Shown one piece after another: positions 25,945 through 27,443 of a stretch of DNA of 27,443 nucleotides. The notes beneath the pieces are model-generated. The model had not been told where the DNA came from, searched no databases, and saw only the letters and a list, made by a program, of their open reading frames with translations. Source of the stretch: a virus; the UHGV virus genome UHGV-1837213. The stretch is one strand, 5' to 3'. Each line of letters starts with the position of its first letter. Position 1 is the first letter of the stretch. Position numbers and translations under genes: made by a program.

Positions 25945-26076
25945 GCCGTTCCTGAACCGGCATCGAGCCTTTTCCCGAAACCCACACAGGCAACTCGACC
26001 GTTTCCCTGAAAACCTCCAGCCGTTCCCCGAAGGCAACCCAGCCGTTTCTGTAGCGGGATGCAACCTTTTCCCTGT
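25945..26076 (+). repeat. Iteron-like direct repeats (6 copies) with about 22-bp periodicity
   Basis: Copies of (G)CCGTT(T)CC(C)GAA-like sequence starting near 25945, 25967, 25997, 26020, 26042 and 26065. Confidence 0.6.
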
Positions 26077-26130
26077 ATGGACCGAAGGCTGACCGTAGGG
26101 GTGTTACGGGGGATAAAATCAGGAGTTGAA

Positions 26131-26161
26131 TAAATACGAAAAAGGAGGCGACACCCCTCCT
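26131..26161 (-). terminator. Putative terminator at the end of the skewed ORF-free region
   Basis: Minus-sense AGGAGG-GGTGTCG-CCTCCT followed by TTTTTCGTATTT. Confidence 0.45.
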
Positions 26162-26990
26162 TCCCTCCCCACTTATACATACCTGGCTTCTTCGCTATAC
26201 ATGTTGTGTTTTATCTGTCTCAACCTCTCTATAGGCGTTAATGCTCACTCCTTCCAGAATGTTCTATACGGCGACTATTTCTGTTGGTGAATTGGGCGTG
26301 TTGTTCTCTCTGTCGGTGTAAATGGTTTCGTTCGTTTTGCGGTGGTTCTTCTATGGGGTGTTCTCGTCGTTTTGGTGATTGTTCTTCTCCGTGTATGGAG
26401 TAATGGCAGGTGGGCGATTGCTTTCGTTATTGTGTTTGAGTTGTTTGTCTGGAGTGTGTGAAAGGCTTTTGTAGTTATTCGTGTATTGGGTAATGGCGTT
26501 TCCCGTGATTGTTATGTTTCGTGTCTTTTGGGATTGAGAGAAACCTTGCGGTTACAGGCTTCGTTGGGGTTTCAGCGGTTCAGGTGTTTCTTCGCTGTTT
26601 GGGTAATGGCGTGTCGTGGGTATCGCGCGTATGAATGTTTTCGGATTGCCTGTGAAAGTTAGGTTGGTTGTCCGGTAGCCTGGGGAGAAGAGGTGGGTCT
26701 TTTCGGTAGCCTGCCATAAAGAGGTTGGTTGTTTTGGGGAATGGCATGTGTGTTATTTAGTTGTTTTGTTATGCCTGAAAATAAGTTGTTTATATGGTTG
26801 TGTAACGCAACGGGAACGATTTTGAGCGTGTGTTTTTGTTGGTAGTGTGTTGGGTCGTCTGTGGTGAAAATTGGACGCTGTGGCGCTGTCTGCTGCGTAG
26901 AATTACGGGTATAAGCAGTGATGTGTGAAAACGTCAATTTTTTAGACCAAATCGGATGAAAGCGTTGATGTTTCGTTGATCTGTTATTCA
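26162..26990 (-). ncRNA. Candidate long untranslated transcript or structural DNA element; ORF-free with extreme strand skew (G+T rich on plus, C+A rich on minus)
   Basis: No convincing ORF on either strand. One sampled 60-nt stretch was about three quarters G+T. Bounded by a copy of the conserved element (about 26991-27011) and a terminator-like hairpin. Internal short repeats such as GGGTAATGGCG and CGGTAGCCTG. Transcription is inferred, not shown. Confidence 0.3.
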
Positions 26991-27011
26991 GTTGTTTTCT
27001 TGATTGTATAA
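26991..27011 (-). promoter_or_regulatory. Conserved promoter/leader element, copy G
   Basis: Minus-sense TTATACAATCAAGAAAACAAC at the upstream edge of the skewed region. Confidence 0.4.
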
Positions 27012-27143
27012 ACAACTATAACTTATTGATATTTAAGGATGTGATTGCGGGTATGGAAGGGGAGTAGTGGCGATCAACGGATTCTTATAGAAAAGAATCA
27101 AATTGTGACCGCCATTATCAACGGTTTGAATCTGTTTGCAGAT

Positions 27144-27443
27144 TTACCAGTTCCAGCACTCAAGCCCTTCAACGACCGGCGCACCACAATCAAAATGTAC
27201 AGAGTCAAAGCCTACATCAAGTACTTTCTGAATGTTAGCAATCGCGCCTTCGGATATACCATATCGACGCAAGTCGTCTTTCCAGACATCATCCTGTAAC
27301 CCGGCGTGGACAATACAACCGCCGTCAATTTGCGAAACCCAATCCAGCTCATTGCTTGCGATCATGAATCGGCGAGCATCTTCCTCTGATGTATGAGATG
27401 AGCTGATCAATGCCACCTGGTAGGCTTGGGTAATGTTCAACAT
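27144..27443 (-). CDS. Hypothetical acidic protein, 99 aa; start codon at the last bases of the window
   Basis: ORF with ATG at 27443-27441; its upstream region is outside the window, so the start cannot be verified. Confidence 0.45.
   Translation of the reverse strand: MLNITQAYQVALISSSHTSEEDARRFMIASNELDWVSQIDGGCIVHAGLQDDVWKDDLRRYGISEGAIANIQKVLDVGFDSVHFDCGAPVVEGLECWNW

Noticed and set aside
22343-26076. Possibility that the direct-repeat arrays are CRISPR arrays
   Set aside because: Repeats are short and degenerate, spacing is about 22 bp with no unique spacer-sized intervals, and no leader or cas genes are present; iteron interpretation preferred.
25776-26180. 134-aa minus-strand ORF (and a 62-aa plus-strand ORF) overlapping the iteron array
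   Set aside because: The reading frames run through the periodic repeats; Gly/Arg/Cys-rich product; no RBS.
26659-27015. 118-aa minus-strand ORF inside the skewed region
   Set aside because: Low-complexity Gln/Thr/Pro/Asn-rich product generated by C/A-rich sequence. It starts upstream of the putative promoter element and has no RBS; treated as noncoding.
1-27443. Integrase, repressor, lysis cassette, tRNA or rRNA genes
   Set aside because: None could be supported from the sequence in this window; lifestyle (prophage versus phage-plasmid) remains undetermined.

Overview
This window looks like a tailed-phage (siphovirus-like) prophage or phage-plasmid segment, read entirely from the sequence without database searches. 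The minus strand from about 13.6 kb down to 0.1 kb carries a classic late morphogenesis operon: small and large terminase, portal, scaffold, major capsid, an Ig-like decoration protein, head-tail connector proteins, major tail protein, a G/GT-type tail chaperone pair and the tape measure gene. The tape measure reading frame ends exactly at the terminus of a partial IS3-family (IS629/IS1203-like) element at the left edge. Upstream of the terminase lies a translationally coupled six-gene minus-strand operon (two ParB-like paralogs, a soluble ABC-type ATPase, a small protein, a GNAT-like protein, a small putative DNA-binding protein). It diverges from a plus-strand block containing an SF2 helicase, a lipoprotein, a secreted protein and an AT-rich three-gene cassette. 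The right third (about 21.9-27.1 kb) is an accessory and regulatory region: self-contained promoter-gene-terminator units for small, mostly very acidic proteins that share a conserved promoter/leader element, two iteron arrays, Chi-containing hairpins, and an ORF-free stretch of about 0.85 kb with extreme G+T strand skew. The most likely places for new biology are the ParB/ABC-ATPase/GNAT operon, the acidic-protein array with its shared element, and the skewed ORF-free region with its flanking iterons. No function there can be assigned from sequence alone. Coordinates for motifs and hairpins were read by eye and may be off by 1-2 nt.
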